In this document: one piece after another, positions 20,439-32,454 of the stretch | Numbering within the stretch: position 1 is the first letter of the stretch | Layout of the letters: the number at the start of each line of letters is the position of its first letter | Assembly (NCBI RefSeq): GCF_964213995.1 | Contig: NW_027590818.1 | Location: forward strand, 124,001-166,000 | Direction: 5' to 3' | Source: Mustelus asterias | Lineage: Eukaryota | Length of the DNA stretch: 42,000 bases | Position numbers and translations under genes: made by a program | Notes under the pieces: model-generated | The model's database searches: none | What the model was told of the DNA's origin: nothing | Seen by the model: the letters and a program-made list of their open reading frames with translations, nothing else

Positions 20439-23400
20439 AAAGAACTCAAACGAGGAATTAGAAGGGCAAAAAGGGGTCACGAAATGTCCTTGGCAGACAG
20501 GATTAAGGAGAATCCCAAGGCATTTTATTCATACGTTAGGAACAAAAGTGTTGTCAGGGTAAAAATCGGACCTCTCAGGGACAAAAGTGGGGAATTATGC
20601 TTGGAGCCCAAAGAAATAGGGGAGATCCTAAATGAATACTTTGCCTCGGTATTCACAAAGGAGAGGGATGTGTTGACTGGGAGTGTCTCGGAGGGGAGTG
20701 TTGAACCGTTGGAGAGAATCTCCATTACAAGGGAGGAAGGGTTAGGTTTGTTAGACAATATAAAGACTGACAAATCCCCAGGGCCTAATGGAATCTATCC
20801 AAGGCTGCTCAGGGAGACGAGAGATGAAATCGCTGGGCCTCTGACGCAAACCTTCGTCTCGTCACTGGATGCAGGTGAGGTCCCAGAGGATTGGAGGATA
20901 GCTAATGTGGTCCCGTTATTTAAGAAGGGTAGGAAGGATAACCCGAGTAATTATAGGCCGGTGAGATTGACGTCCGTGGTGGGGAAGTTGTTGGAGAAGA
21001 TTCTTAGAGATAGGATGTATGCGCATTTAGAAAGGAATAAACTAATTAACGATAGTCAGCATGGTTTTGTGAGAGGGAGGTCATGCCTCACTAACCTGGT
21101 GGAGTTTTTTGAAGAAGTGACCAGAATGGTTGACGAGGGAAGGGCCGTGGATGTCGTCTATATGGACTTTAGTCAAGCGTTTGACAAAGTCCCTCATGGT
21201 AGGCTGGTGCAAAAGGTTGGATCTCATGGGATAAAGGGGGAGGTGGCTAGATGGGGGGAGAACTGGCATGGTCACAGAAGACAGAGGGTGGTAGTGGAAG
21301 GGTCTTTTTCCAGCTGGAGGCCTGTGACTAGTCGTGTTCCGCAGGGCTCTGTATTGGGACCTCAGCTGTTTGTGATTTATATAAACGATCTGGAAGAAGG
21401 TGTAACTGGGGTGATCAGTAAGTTTGCGGACGACACAAAATTGGCAGGACTTGCAGATAATGAGGAGCATTGTTGGTTAAAAAGAAAAAGGAGGCTTATG
21501 TTCGGATGAGACGTGAGCACTCGGGTAGTGCACTAGAAAGCTTTAGATTGGCTAAGAGGGAGTTGAAGAGCGAGCTTAGAAGGGCTAAAAGGGGACATGA
21601 GAAGACTTTGGCGGATAGGGTTAAAGAGAATCCTAAGGCGTTCTATAGGTATGTCAAGAACAGAAGGTTGGTTAGGGCAAGTTTAGGGCCAGTTATAGAT
21701 GGCAGAGGGAAGTTATGTGTGGAACCGGAGGAGATTGGTGAAGCATTGAACCAATATTTCTCTTCGGTGTTCACGCAAGGGGACATGAATATAGCTGAGG
21801 AGGACACTGGGTTGCAAGGGAGTAGAATAGACAGTATTACAGTTGATAAGGAGGATGTGCAGGATATTCTGGAGGGTCTGAAAATAGATAAATCCCCTGG
21901 TCCGGATGGGATTTATCCAAGGATTCTCTGGGAGGCAAGAGAAGTGATTGCAGAGCCTCTGGCTCTGATCTTCAGGTCGTCGTTGGCCTCTGGTATAGTA
22001 CCAGAAGATTGGAGGTTAGCGAATGTTGTCCCATTGTTTAAGAAGGGGAACAGAGACTTCCCCGGGAATTATAGACCGGTGAGTCTCACTTCTGTTGTCG
22101 GCAAGATGTTGGAAAAAATTATAAGGGATAGGATTTATAGTTATTTGGAGAGTAATGAATTGATAGGTGATAGTCAGCATGGTTTTGTGGCAGGTAGGTC
22201 GTGCCTTACTAACCTTATTGAGTTTTTTGAGAAAGTGACCAAGGAGGTGGATGGGGGCAAGGCAGTGGACGTGGTATATATGGATTTTAGTAAGGCGTTT
22301 GATAAGGTTCACCATGGTAGGCTTCTGCAGAAAATGCAGATGTATGGGATTGGGGGTGATCTAGGAAATTGGATCAGGAATTGGCTAGCGGATAGGAAAC
22401 AGAGGGTGGTGGTTGATAGTAAATATTCATCATGGAGTGCGGTTACAAGTGGTGTACCTCAGGGATCTGTTTTGGGGCCACTGCTGTTTGTAATATTTAT
22501 TAATGATCTGGATGAGGGTATAGTTGGGTGGATTAGCAAATTTGCTGATGACACCAAAGTCGGTGGTGTGGTAGACAGTGAGGAAGGGTGTCGTAGTTTG
22601 CAGGAAGACTTAGACAGGTTGCAAAGTTGGGCCGAGAGGTGGCGGATGGAGTTTAATGCGGAGAAGTGTGAGGTAATTCACTTTGGTAGGAATAACAGTT
22701 GTGTTGAGTATAGGGCTAACGGGAGGACTTTGAATAGTGTGGAGGAGCAGAGGGATCTAGGTGTATGTGTGCATAGATCCCTGAAAGTTGGGAATCAAGT
22801 AGATAAGGTTGTTAAGAAGGCATATGGTGTCTTGGCGTTTATTGGTAGGGGGATTGAATTTAGGAGTCGTAGCGTTATGTTGCAACTGTACACAACTCTG
22901 GTGCGGCCGCACTTGGAGTACTGTGTGCAGTTCTGGTCCCCACATTACAGGAAGGATGTGGAGGCTTTGGAGAGGGTGCAGAGGAGGTTTACCAGGATGT
23001 TGCCTGGTATGGAGGGGAGATCCTATGAGGAGAGGCTGAGGGATTTGGGATTGTTTTCGCTGGAAAGGCGGCGGCTAAGAGGGGATCTTATTGAAACATA
23101 TAAGATGATTAGAGGTTTAGATAGGGTGGATAGTGATAGCCTTTTTCCTCTGATGGAGAAATCCAGCACGAGGGGGCATGGCTTTAAATTGAGGGGGGGT
23201 AGTTATAGAACCGATGTCAGGGGTAGGTTCTTTACCCAGAGGGTGGTGAGGGATTGGAATGCCCTGCCAGCATCAGTAGTAAATGCGCCTAGTTTGGGGG
23301 CGTTTAAGAGATCCGTAGATAGGTTCATGGACGAAAAGAAATTGGTTTAGGTTGGAGGGTCACAGTTTTCTTTTTAACTGGTCGGTGCAACATCGTGGGC

Positions 23401-24312
23401 CGAAGGGCCTGTTCTGCGCTGTAATGTTCTATGTTCTATGTTCTATGTTCTATTGTCAGAAGCTACAGAAGGATATAGATAGGCTGGAAATTTGGGCAAA
23501 GAAATGGCAGATGGCGTTCAATCCTGATGAATGCGAAGTGATGCATTTTGTTAGAAATAATGTAGGGAGGAGCTATACGATAAGTGGCAGAACCATAAAG
23601 GGTGTAGATACGCATAGGGACCTGGGTGTGGAAGTCCACAGATCCTTGAAGGTGACGTCACAGGTGGAGAAGGTGGTGAAGAAGGCATATGGCATGCTTG
23701 CCTTTATAGGACGGGGCATAGACTATAAAAGTTGGGGTCTGATGTTGCAGATGTATAGAACGTTGGTTCGGCCGCATTTGGAATACTGCGTCCAGTTCTG
23801 GTCTCCACACTACTAGAAGGACGTGGAGGCTTTGGAGAGAGTACAGAGGAGGTTTACCAGGATGTTGCCTGGTATGGAGGGGCTTAGTTATGAGGAGAGA
23901 TTGGGTAAACTGGGGTTGTTCTCCCTGGAAAGACGGAGGATGAGGGGAGACTTAATAGAGGTGTATAAAATTATGAAAGGCATAGATAGGGTGAACGGTG
24001 GGAAGCTTTTCCCCAGGTCGGTGGTGACGTTCACGAGGGGTCATAGGTTCAAGGTGAAGGGGGGGAGGTTTAACACAGATATCAGAAGGACATATTTTAC
24101 ACAGAGGGTGGTGGGGGCCTGGAATGCGCTGCCAGGCAAGGTGGTGGAGGCGGACACATTGGGAACGTTTAAGACTTATCTGGATCGCCATATGAACGGA
24201 GTGGGAATGGATGGATACAAAATAATGGTCTCGTTTAGACCAGGGAGCGGCACGGGCTTGGAGGGCCGAAGGGCCTGTTCCTGTGCTGTATTGTTCTTTG
24301 TTCTTTGTTCTT
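20439..24312 (+). mobile_element. CR1 LINE (outer copy), split at 21473/23452
   Basis: ORF2 rejoins as ...DNEEHC|QKLQKDIDRL...; one internal stop (TAG near 23814); (TTGTTCT)n tail. Confidence 0.95.
21474..23451 (+). mobile_element. CR1 LINE (inner, young copy) with an uninterrupted ~625-aa RT-containing frame
   Basis: All RT motifs intact ([16 protein letters not shown]); (ATGTTCT)n tail; TSD ATTGT at 21469-21473 and 23452-23456; 5'-truncated, no endonuclease. Confidence 0.97.
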
Positions 24313-25272
24313 AAATCACTGTTCCGCCTCAATTTACATTTAAAAGTTAAAATGTAATTGGTAAATTGGCTATAATTATATTTCCTCCACTTTCATGGGA
24401 ATGCATCTTCCGAAAAGTAATTTATCACGTTATCTCAATTGAAAAGGAGACCAAAAGTGTTAGGTAAACTATTGCTTCTCAATTTTGAAAAGGAAGTTGG
24501 ACAAATGGTTTCATTGGAAGCGCGTTGGTTGTCGTGTCAATTACACTGAATGAGCCATTGTTTGTGGAAGATAGTGGGGTGCTTCCCAGGACAAGTCAAA
24601 AGTTCCTGTCCTTGTAAGAGGAAGAAAAACTGAGAATATTAATATGCGAAGTAGGGTGGGGATTCCACAGCTCTGGTGTCCATCAACCAGGGTAGGATGA
24701 ACACTCGTGGCTTAGATAAATATTGAACTGTTGGAAATGGTAACACGGCTGTATAATCGGCCCAATAACTATCTAAATGAAGGAAATGCGAGCAGAGAAC
24801 ATAAAATGCGAGAGGGAAAAGAATGGGAGAAAGTGCAGCTAAGGAAGCAGTCGGATTTACAGGGCGATTTAGTGGATAATAATTACCAACTTCTAGCAAG
24901 AAATATACAAGGCAAAATCAATCGAAAGTGCGGAAAATTTAGAGATCAACATTGGGAAGGATTGGAAAGGGAATATTTTGGATGCAATTGAGCAATATTT
25001 CAGTATTGTTTGTAAGAGTGGGAAACAACACTGAGTTAAGGACATTTTAAACACAGCGTGAAGGAAATGTTGAGCAGGGCTAGAACAGGAATGAAATAAA
25101 ACAGATATAGCGCAGATATAGCTATGTCCTTACACATAGCAATGCCTATTTATTCAATCAATTGATTGTTTTTTTTTAAAGGGTAAAATCTTCAATGTGA
25201 CATTTTCTTCCAATACTCCTGGGTCTGGTCATCAGCAGAGTCACGATTAAACTGAGAAATTAATAGGTAGAG

Positions 25273-25452
25273 GAGAATACGCTGGAAAATCTCAGCAGGT
25301 CTGGCAGCATCTGTAATGTTTTGACACAGTGTCAGCTGGACTCGAAACGTCAGCCCTTGTCTCTCCTTACAGATGCTGCCAGACCTGCTGAGATTTTCCA
25401 ACGTTTTCTCTTTTGGTTTCAGATTCTAGCGTCCGCAGTAATTTGCTTTTAT
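25273..25452. mobile_element. Penelope-like fold-back element (family A)
   Basis: GCTGGAAAATCTCAGCAGGTCTGGCAGCATCTGTAA and its inverse; spacer GACTCGAAACGTCAGC (degenerate hammerhead). Confidence 0.7.
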
Positions 25453-26214
25453 AAATTAATAATTGGACTTGTTTCAACCGACATGTAACCACTCTGAACA
25501 AGACGCACCTTCACTGAATACAGCAATACAGAACAATCGCTGTTCAAATGCAATATATTTGAGCTCATAAAGCTGATTTGCACAATCATTGGAAACTTGT
25601 CCTAACGGTCCCGTGAGTACTGAATGCAACAGGAGGCTTTAGGAGATTCCATAAACTGAATTTCAAAGACAAAATGCCGGAACCACTCAGCAGGATTGAT
25701 AATAACTGTGGCAAAATATTTCGTGCTCGTTTGATTGAGAATCCCAGCAGTTTTGTCTTTAATTTCAGAAGATATGTATAATCTCAGTGACATGAACCAA
25801 ACCATTCAGTCAATGATGGCGTTCTGCACCACTGGCCACTTTGGAAAAAACAAACTCATCAAACCATAGTAATGAATTTTGTAATCGGGCCAATGTACTG
25901 TGGGTGTAAACAATGTCTGATGTGTTGGTCTACATTTAATGTCACCATGTTGAACTGAATCAATTCATACAGAATCTAACTCCTTTAAACTGAACAGCGC
26001 TTTGCAAAAATCAATGAAATGTACTGAACCGACAGTGTTAGCCAGAGAAAAACGGTGGCCTAAAGAGCAGATCAGAGATGAGAAAACGTCCGGGCCAGTA
26101 ACTCAACTCTTGCTTCCACAATTAAAGTCCACAATCTATAAGGCACAAGGGTTGTGATGCAGTGCGCATGTCTGACGCATGCAGCTCCAACCAAGCTCAT
26201 AAATGTCAACACCA

Positions 26215-26460
26215 TCGACTCCCAGCTTGGGTCGCTGTCTGTGCGGAGTCTGCACGTTCTCCTTGTCTGCGTCAGTTTCCTCTGGGTGCTCCGGAGTCCT
26301 CCCACATTCCTAAAGACGTGCTGATAAGGTACATTGACCGTGCTAAATTTTGCCTCAGTGAATCCAAACAGGCACCGCGGTGTGGCGACTCGGACATTTT
26401 CACAGTAACTTCATTGTAGTGTTAATGTAAGCCTACTTGGGACAATAATAAATAAACTTA
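26215..26460 (+). mobile_element. 5'-truncated V-SINE with MER6-like tail
   Basis: V-domain core as in HE1, but tail GTGGCGACT...TTTTCACAGTAACTTCATTG.AGTGTTAATGTAAGCCTACTTG...AATAAATAAAC. Confidence 0.65.
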
Positions 26461-26559
26461 AAATAAGTTGTTGGACAAAACTCTCTATCCAACATCTTAT
26501 GACCCATATCCTTCACAAGTGTCGCACACGAGAACACTGTGTGTTCGCTCCCACATGCA

Positions 26560-26900
26560 CTGCATTCATTCGCCAAGCTTCCTTCGACAACACAATGTAA
26601 ACCAGCGATCGCTAGCACTAAGAAGGACATGGGTTGTGGACAAATGAAAACAGCACCACCAGCAGAATTGGACATGAACCAGAAATGATCCTGACTTGGA
26701 AATCTGTCGTTCTCCATGGCTGTTGAATCAAAATCCCACAACGCCCTTAAAACAGTGATGCTTGTTTCATTTCTTTCAGGACCTCGGTGTCGATGTCCAG
26801 GCCTGGAGTTTTGTCACCCGCACCTGATTGTTCTTGGGAAGGGGGCAATGAGCCACTTTCTCGAAAAGCTGGAGCCCATAGACACACAGGCCTTTGAGGG
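26560..26900. mobile_element. Decayed fragments of the old LINE family (plus 26560-26750, minus 26790-26900)
   Basis: TCCTGACTTGGAAAT...TCAAAATCC corresponds to the reverse complement of 2440-2500. Confidence 0.5.
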
Positions 26901-28178
26901 ACGGATTGCTCTTTCTGCATTGCGCGTGTAGTTAGACCACGTCGACAGCAACAGTTTAAGAAGAAAACAAACCACCAACTTCTGTAAGGCAATTCTAAAT
27001 GGTCAATAAAACTGATGACTTACGCAGCGATAACCACAATTAGTGGAAGAGTTCTCAAAAGCCTGTGACCACGCTGACCACTCTGAAGCGCACTTTAAAA
27101 TTGATGAATCTTAACTGCCTGCATGTAAATTAATTGTTACAATCCGGATCTCCGTACACAGAACAGAAAATGACGCAACTCATGTTGCATCTAGCTGCAC
27201 TGAGAGTTGCTGTAATAATCTGCAAGTGACCGAACTGGAATTAATCATAATTAATAGCAACCTGCTATTAATGCCACTCTATGCCACTATCCTTGAATGT
27301 ATTTGATCCAGAATGAATTGGCCAAAATTGCGAAATATCATTATGCTGAAGAAGATAAGTATACATGGAATTTACAGGCATTGAGGAGAAGTCGGCACCC
27401 AAAATAACGGTGCTGAAATGGGCATTAGTAGAATGAACCCAGCTGTGTTTTGTTGGAGCTGCTCATTGTAAATTGGTGTTGTTTGTATTGAATATAACAG
27501 CACGCTCCAGGTCTTTGGAAACATGGCGACAGGAGTAGATCATTTGATCCTGTCCAGCTTGCTACGCCACTCAATTAGTTAATGGATAATAATCTACCCC
27601 AATTACCATTGGCGAATGGATACCAACGTATCCTATAACCGTGCTGACCTGTTCAGTCCACATAGACTTTAAGATGTTGAACCTCATCTGTCCACATTTC
27701 AATGAAACGTGACAACCGAGACCTCACAACAAGAAACACAGGTGCCAAAAACGGACACTGAGTCTGTTGTACTCGATGTAATTGCATTGAAACACACCTG
27801 ACCACATTACGTTAGCATAGCAGAAAGTGCCCTGCCCATATTCGATGCGGTCTTGCCTGGTATGATTTTGCCAACATTGAATAGAAAAATACGAGCCTGA
27901 AATTGTGTACATCGAATTTCACCAACTTAAATTAGAAGATTGAACTGACAGATAGTGAATAGTACATGTCAGCAACAAAAATATAAGTACCAGCTGGACA
28001 TGTTTGCACTGAATTCAACTGTGCTGTCATCGAGCTGGTCACTATGAATTGCACTGGTATATGTCCAATATGATGGCACCCTCCAGGGCAATATCAACAT
28101 ACGGACAGGAGTAGGTCATTCGGCTCGTTATCCTGCTCCGCCATTCAATTAGATCATGGGCAATTATTTACATCAACA

Positions 28179-28685
28179 TCACCTTCCTGGCAGGGGTGAA
28201 ACCATGATCATGCAGGTGGTTCGCCCAGGACGAGGCTAGCCCGTTTCAATTAAGGTGTGCTGACACCTACGATGCCCCCAGATGCGGTATACTCGACTGA
28301 AACATTTGTAGTACTCATAGAATCATAGAATCATAGAAACCCTACAGTGCAGAAGGAGGCCATTCGGCCCATCGAGTCTGCACCGACCTCAATCCCACCC
28401 AGGCTCTACCCCCACATATTTTACCCACTAATCCCTCTAACCTACGCATCCCAGGACTCTAAGGGGCAATCTTTTTTTTTAACCTGGCCAATCAACCTAA
28501 CCCGCACATCTTTGGACTGTGGGAGGAAACCGGAGCACCCGGAGGAAACCCACGCAGACACGAGGAGAATGTGCAAACTCCACACAGACAGTGACCCGAG
28601 CCGGGAATCGAACCCAGGACCCTGGAGCTGTGAAGCAGCAGTGCTAACCACTGTGCTACTCGTTGCTGCGCTTGCGCTAAAAAAA
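28179..28685 (+). pseudogene. U1 snRNA pseudogene (probable retrocopy), split by an HE1 SINE
   Basis: 28179-28313 colinear with U1 (CCTGGCAGGGG...ACCATGATCA...AGGTGGTT..CCCAGG.CGAGGCT...TGTGCTGAC...ACTCGACTG...ATTTGT); after the SINE, CTGCGCTTGCGCT followed by A7; embedded in a decayed CR1 3' UTR. Confidence 0.85.
28317..28656 (-). mobile_element. HE1-type V-SINE, young copy
   Basis: Well-preserved head and core, (CTATGATT)n tail, TSD TACTC. Confidence 0.92.
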
Positions 28686-29379
28686 CACAGCCCTACGCCA
28701 TTTCCATATTAGTTGATGTCATCAACTCCCAGAAATCAACCGATTTATCTGCCCAACTGTTAAGTTTCCACAACTCTGTAGTGGAGAAATCTAGAATAGT
28801 GGAGTATATACCGCGAAAGGCTCTGGGTGTAATCGTTGTTGGTGGAGATTGATGGGCGGAATGGCCTCCTTCTGCATTGTACGGATTCTATGAAATATAT
28901 TCTATGATCCACTCTCTGAGTGAAGAAACGTCCCATAATCTCAGTGTCAAATTATTTACCCCGTTATCCTGAGATTAAGTCCCCCGGTTTTAGATTGTAA
29001 GTCTGCATCGCATTAATTGTTGAATAAGTCACTATACCTCGAGTGTAACATTACTTAACTGTACCTGACCACAGTGAATACAAAGGGTGCAAATTCTTGG
29101 GGAGATTCACAACGTGCGTACATGTGATCAGTGATCGCAGGGACATGATAATTAACAAAGCATGAATTTGGCATCATTTTGCTAAGAACATTTCCAGTTC
29201 TGTTGGCCTGACCCCAATATTAAGATGCTAATGGTTAGCTAATGGAAACAAGTATAACTGAGATCCTTCTTACTTTCTTGACAATTCGCATTAGAGCTCT
29301 GTTAAGTCTCAATTCAACCCCATAAAACAAAAACACCAAATAAACAGGAGCTGGACTCATCTGATTGTTACAATAACTT

Positions 29380-29440
29380 CAATTAAGACAAAAGTTAAGA
29401 CGACTAATTAAATCTCTAGAGCCTGTTATGGAGTATAATT
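29380..29440 (+). promoter_or_regulatory. Proximal promoter of GPCR gene 2
   Basis: CAATTAA...TAATTA-AA-TCTCTAGAGC...TATAATT 55 nt before the ATG; aligns with the gene 1 promoter. Confidence 0.6.
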
Positions 29441-29488
29441 GCGACTATTTTCAGGGAATTGCAGAAAACGCTCAGAGTTTTGACAGAA

Positions 29489-29558
29489 ATGCACGCAATA
29501 CCGAAAGGTCTGGTGTTTGCCATTTACTATCCTGTCCTTGGGGCTATAGGGGTTCCAG
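29489..29558 (+). CDS. GPR139/GPR142-like GPCR gene 2, exon 1 (not in the ORF track)
   Basis: 70 nt, MHAIPKGLVFAIYYPVLGAIGVP + G, donor GTATGA. Confidence 0.9.
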
Positions 29559-31092
29559 GTATGATATTGTAATTTTGCAGTTAGTTAATAGCTAATTATC
29601 GTTCAGCTCCATCAATGCTGTCTTTGTATTCACATCACTTCTTCAAGTTACATACGTATTTGCTTGTGTTTAATCCCTCCAGCGATATAAATTGTTTTAT
29701 TTGAAGGATATACATTATTTTTTTAAGTACAATTCTTTATATGTAACTGCATTAACTCGTCTTTTTAAAAGTACATTATCGGGCGTTTGTGAATATAGTT
29801 TAGCGTAATTAACGTTAAAGTTTCAAACCTTGAATGTTTTCATTGGACCTATTTCCCCACATAGTTTCTTCACTTGAATGCACTTTTCACTGACACCATC
29901 TTCCTCCGATAGTTATTATTTAATCGCGGCACTTATAGAATTTCACCAATTTACTTCTCAGATCTCAGTGTGTATCTTCAATTTTATTGTTTAATAGAAC
30001 CGCTAGAATGGATTAATTAGCTTACTATTAACACCGTATAAATGCAATTCATTTTTTTTATTTTCAGAACTGTAGACGTTATTATGGTTTTATTTAGATC
30101 CCTTGTGATTGTCCCAAATAGTCAATTCTGACATGGCTATCACAGAGTCAATGGACTGGCATTGTATTCTCGGTGCGGTTCCTTGCAGTGACTTTTAAAC
30201 TTTCGTATCACGTTGTTTTTGTAGATTTATTGTTGACACGTGTAGTGAAGCAATAATTCCCTCAAATAATTCAACAATTGAGAAGATTGAACCACTGAAT
30301 AATCCCAAATTGAATTGTATCAAATCGTTTATTTAAGGAACGTTAGGAGGCATGGCGGTTGACAGACATGTAAGCAATATAATTGTTGCCCTCTAATGGA
30401 TGACTGATATTACCCTTCACTCACCGAACTCAGTGCTCGTATTCTCAGCCGCTAACGCTTATAGACACTGGATTTCTCATGAAGAGAGCTCCAGTTTGCC
30501 CCTGCATAGCACATAAAATGTCCCCGGCAATTTCACAGAAATTTTCATTGTTCATTCTCTTCCCTGGGATGGTATTTTTGTGCAAGTTTATTCCCAACCT
30601 TTCGAAAACAAGTGAATGATTTTACATTACTTAATTGATAGGACCTGTTTTACATCGACTGTGAGATATAATCCGTGACATTGTTACTTTCCAATCTCAT
30701 TTTTGGCTGGTTTGCTGTTTATCTACTGTAATTTTTTTTCTTCTTTTATTTGTTGTGGATATTTTGGTACACCTCCCTTTTTATTCTTTGCATTCTGTCG
30801 GCCGCGTTCAATCCTGCTCTGTCAGTAGTGATATAAATTTGATTTCTTCTAATCGTTTATTTGGGCATCATGGAGAATTTTGCATGATTATTCTATTGCC
30901 CTATCTAATTATCTAATAAAGATGACTTTTTCAAAACAAGTAAGGAATTGTCCAGAGCGGAATGACTCACATCCAACCTAATATCAAATCATAATGCTTT
31001 ACATTTCACACACAATACTAAAACACTGTTGATTTTATTGCCATTCGAAAAACTAACTCTCTCTGTTTTTTTTCTCTCTCCCTTTCTTACAG

Positions 31093-32003
31093 CCAACTTG
31101 GCAGTGATTGTGATCCTGTCTCGAAGAAGATGCGGTCTCTCTGGATGTGTCACTTATTACCTGGTTTCCATGGCGGTAACGGATCTCCTGGTGATGCTCA
31201 CGGCTGTAATATTAAACCGAATTGCTGGCATCTATTTCCCCTCTAGTTTCCTGTCTATCACACCAGTTTGCGGTATTCGTGCTGTCCTGAATATCACAGC
31301 AATGGACAGTTCTGCCTGGTTAACGGTCGCTTTCACCTTTGATCGATTTGTGTCCATTTCCTGTCAGAAGCTGAAATTAAAATATTGCACAGAAAAGAGA
31401 GCGATGCGTGTAATAGGAATCGTGTCCATTCTGGCCTGTGTAAAAAATATCTTCCTATATTTACAATTTGAACCTCGGTATATCATTAATAACGTACCCT
31501 GGTTCTGCATGATAAGAGGAATAATTTATACATCACCAGCTTGGGCAGCGTATGACTGGATCCGTTCCACTTTAACCCCTTTTCTTCCTTTCATTCTGAT
31601 TGCATTGCTCAATGCTCTGACTGTCAAACACATTCTAGCGGCTAATAGAGCCCGCAGGAGACTCCGGACCCAGAGCAATGGAGAGAATCAGAGTGACCCA
31701 GAGGTGGAGAAGAGGAGAAAGTCCATTGTTTTACTCTTCGCCATCTCGGGCAGTTTCATCCTATCTTATTTGTTATTTTTTATAAACATCCTCTTTGTGC
31801 GAATTGCTAAAGTTACTTATTTCTCGGGTTCGAATTTCAGTAATTCCACGTTCATTCTCTCTGAGACTGGATATATGCTCCAGCTCTTGAGTTCTTGTAT
31901 CAACCCCTTTATTTATGCTGTGACCCAGAATAAAATCAGAGATGAGTTAAAGAATGGGATGAAATATCCACTGAACGTTTTTGTAAAAATATTTATGTCT
32001 TGA
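31093..32003 (+). CDS. GPR139/GPR142-like class A GPCR, gene 2, exon 2 (spliced protein 326 aa)
   Basis: Long polypyrimidine tract + CTTACAG, phase 1; (A)NLAVIVIL, MAVTDLL, TPVC, FTFDRF, WFC, SSCINPFIY; no disruption. Confidence 0.93.
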
Positions 32004-32169
32004 AATAGTGCAATTCAACGTTAGCTGAATTGCATATGGCAGAATGACCTAATTCGTCCATGCCACTCACAAAATCGCTTCCAAAGTGCATTTTCTTTTA
32101 AATTCTGTTCCAATGTCTGAATTGAAGATCATATAACGAAATCTAAATCAACACAGCATCAAGTGCAGT

Positions 32170-32272
32170 AAGAAAACCAGTAAATGCTGTAAAATCTCAG
32201 CAGGTCTCAGAGCAGCTGTGGGGAGAGAATAGAGCCAAAGGTACGAGTCTAGATGACCATTCATCAGAGCTG
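32170..32272 (-). mobile_element. Single arm of Penelope-like family A
   Basis: AAATGCTGTAAAATCTCAGCAGGTCT; reverse complement has AGCT-CTGATGA-A-TGGTC-ATCTA-GACTC with GAAA mutated. Confidence 0.6.
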
Positions 32273-32403
32273 ACTGTCCAGTTCAATAATTTGATCTGTT
32301 AATATCCAGCTCCCTTACCAGTGCTGATTTGATATTTGTGCATTCCCATCTGCCTCGAGGGCGCTGGAGGACAAAAGCCCGAGGAAGCAAAGTGTAGGCA
32401 ATA

Positions 32404-32454
32404 TTCTTCTTCTCCTCCTCCCCTTTCTTCTTCTTCTTCTTGTTCTTCTTCTTC
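32404..32454. repeat. (TTC)n/(CTC)n microsatellite
   Basis: Directly visible. Confidence 0.9.

Noticed and set aside
20484-24314. One long autonomous LINE or a host reverse transcriptase gene
   Set aside because: Two nested 5'-truncated copies; neither has ORF1 or an endonuclease.
31029-31092. ORF-track N-terminus of GPCR gene 2
   Set aside because: Intronic polypyrimidine tract; the real exon 1 is at 29489-29558.
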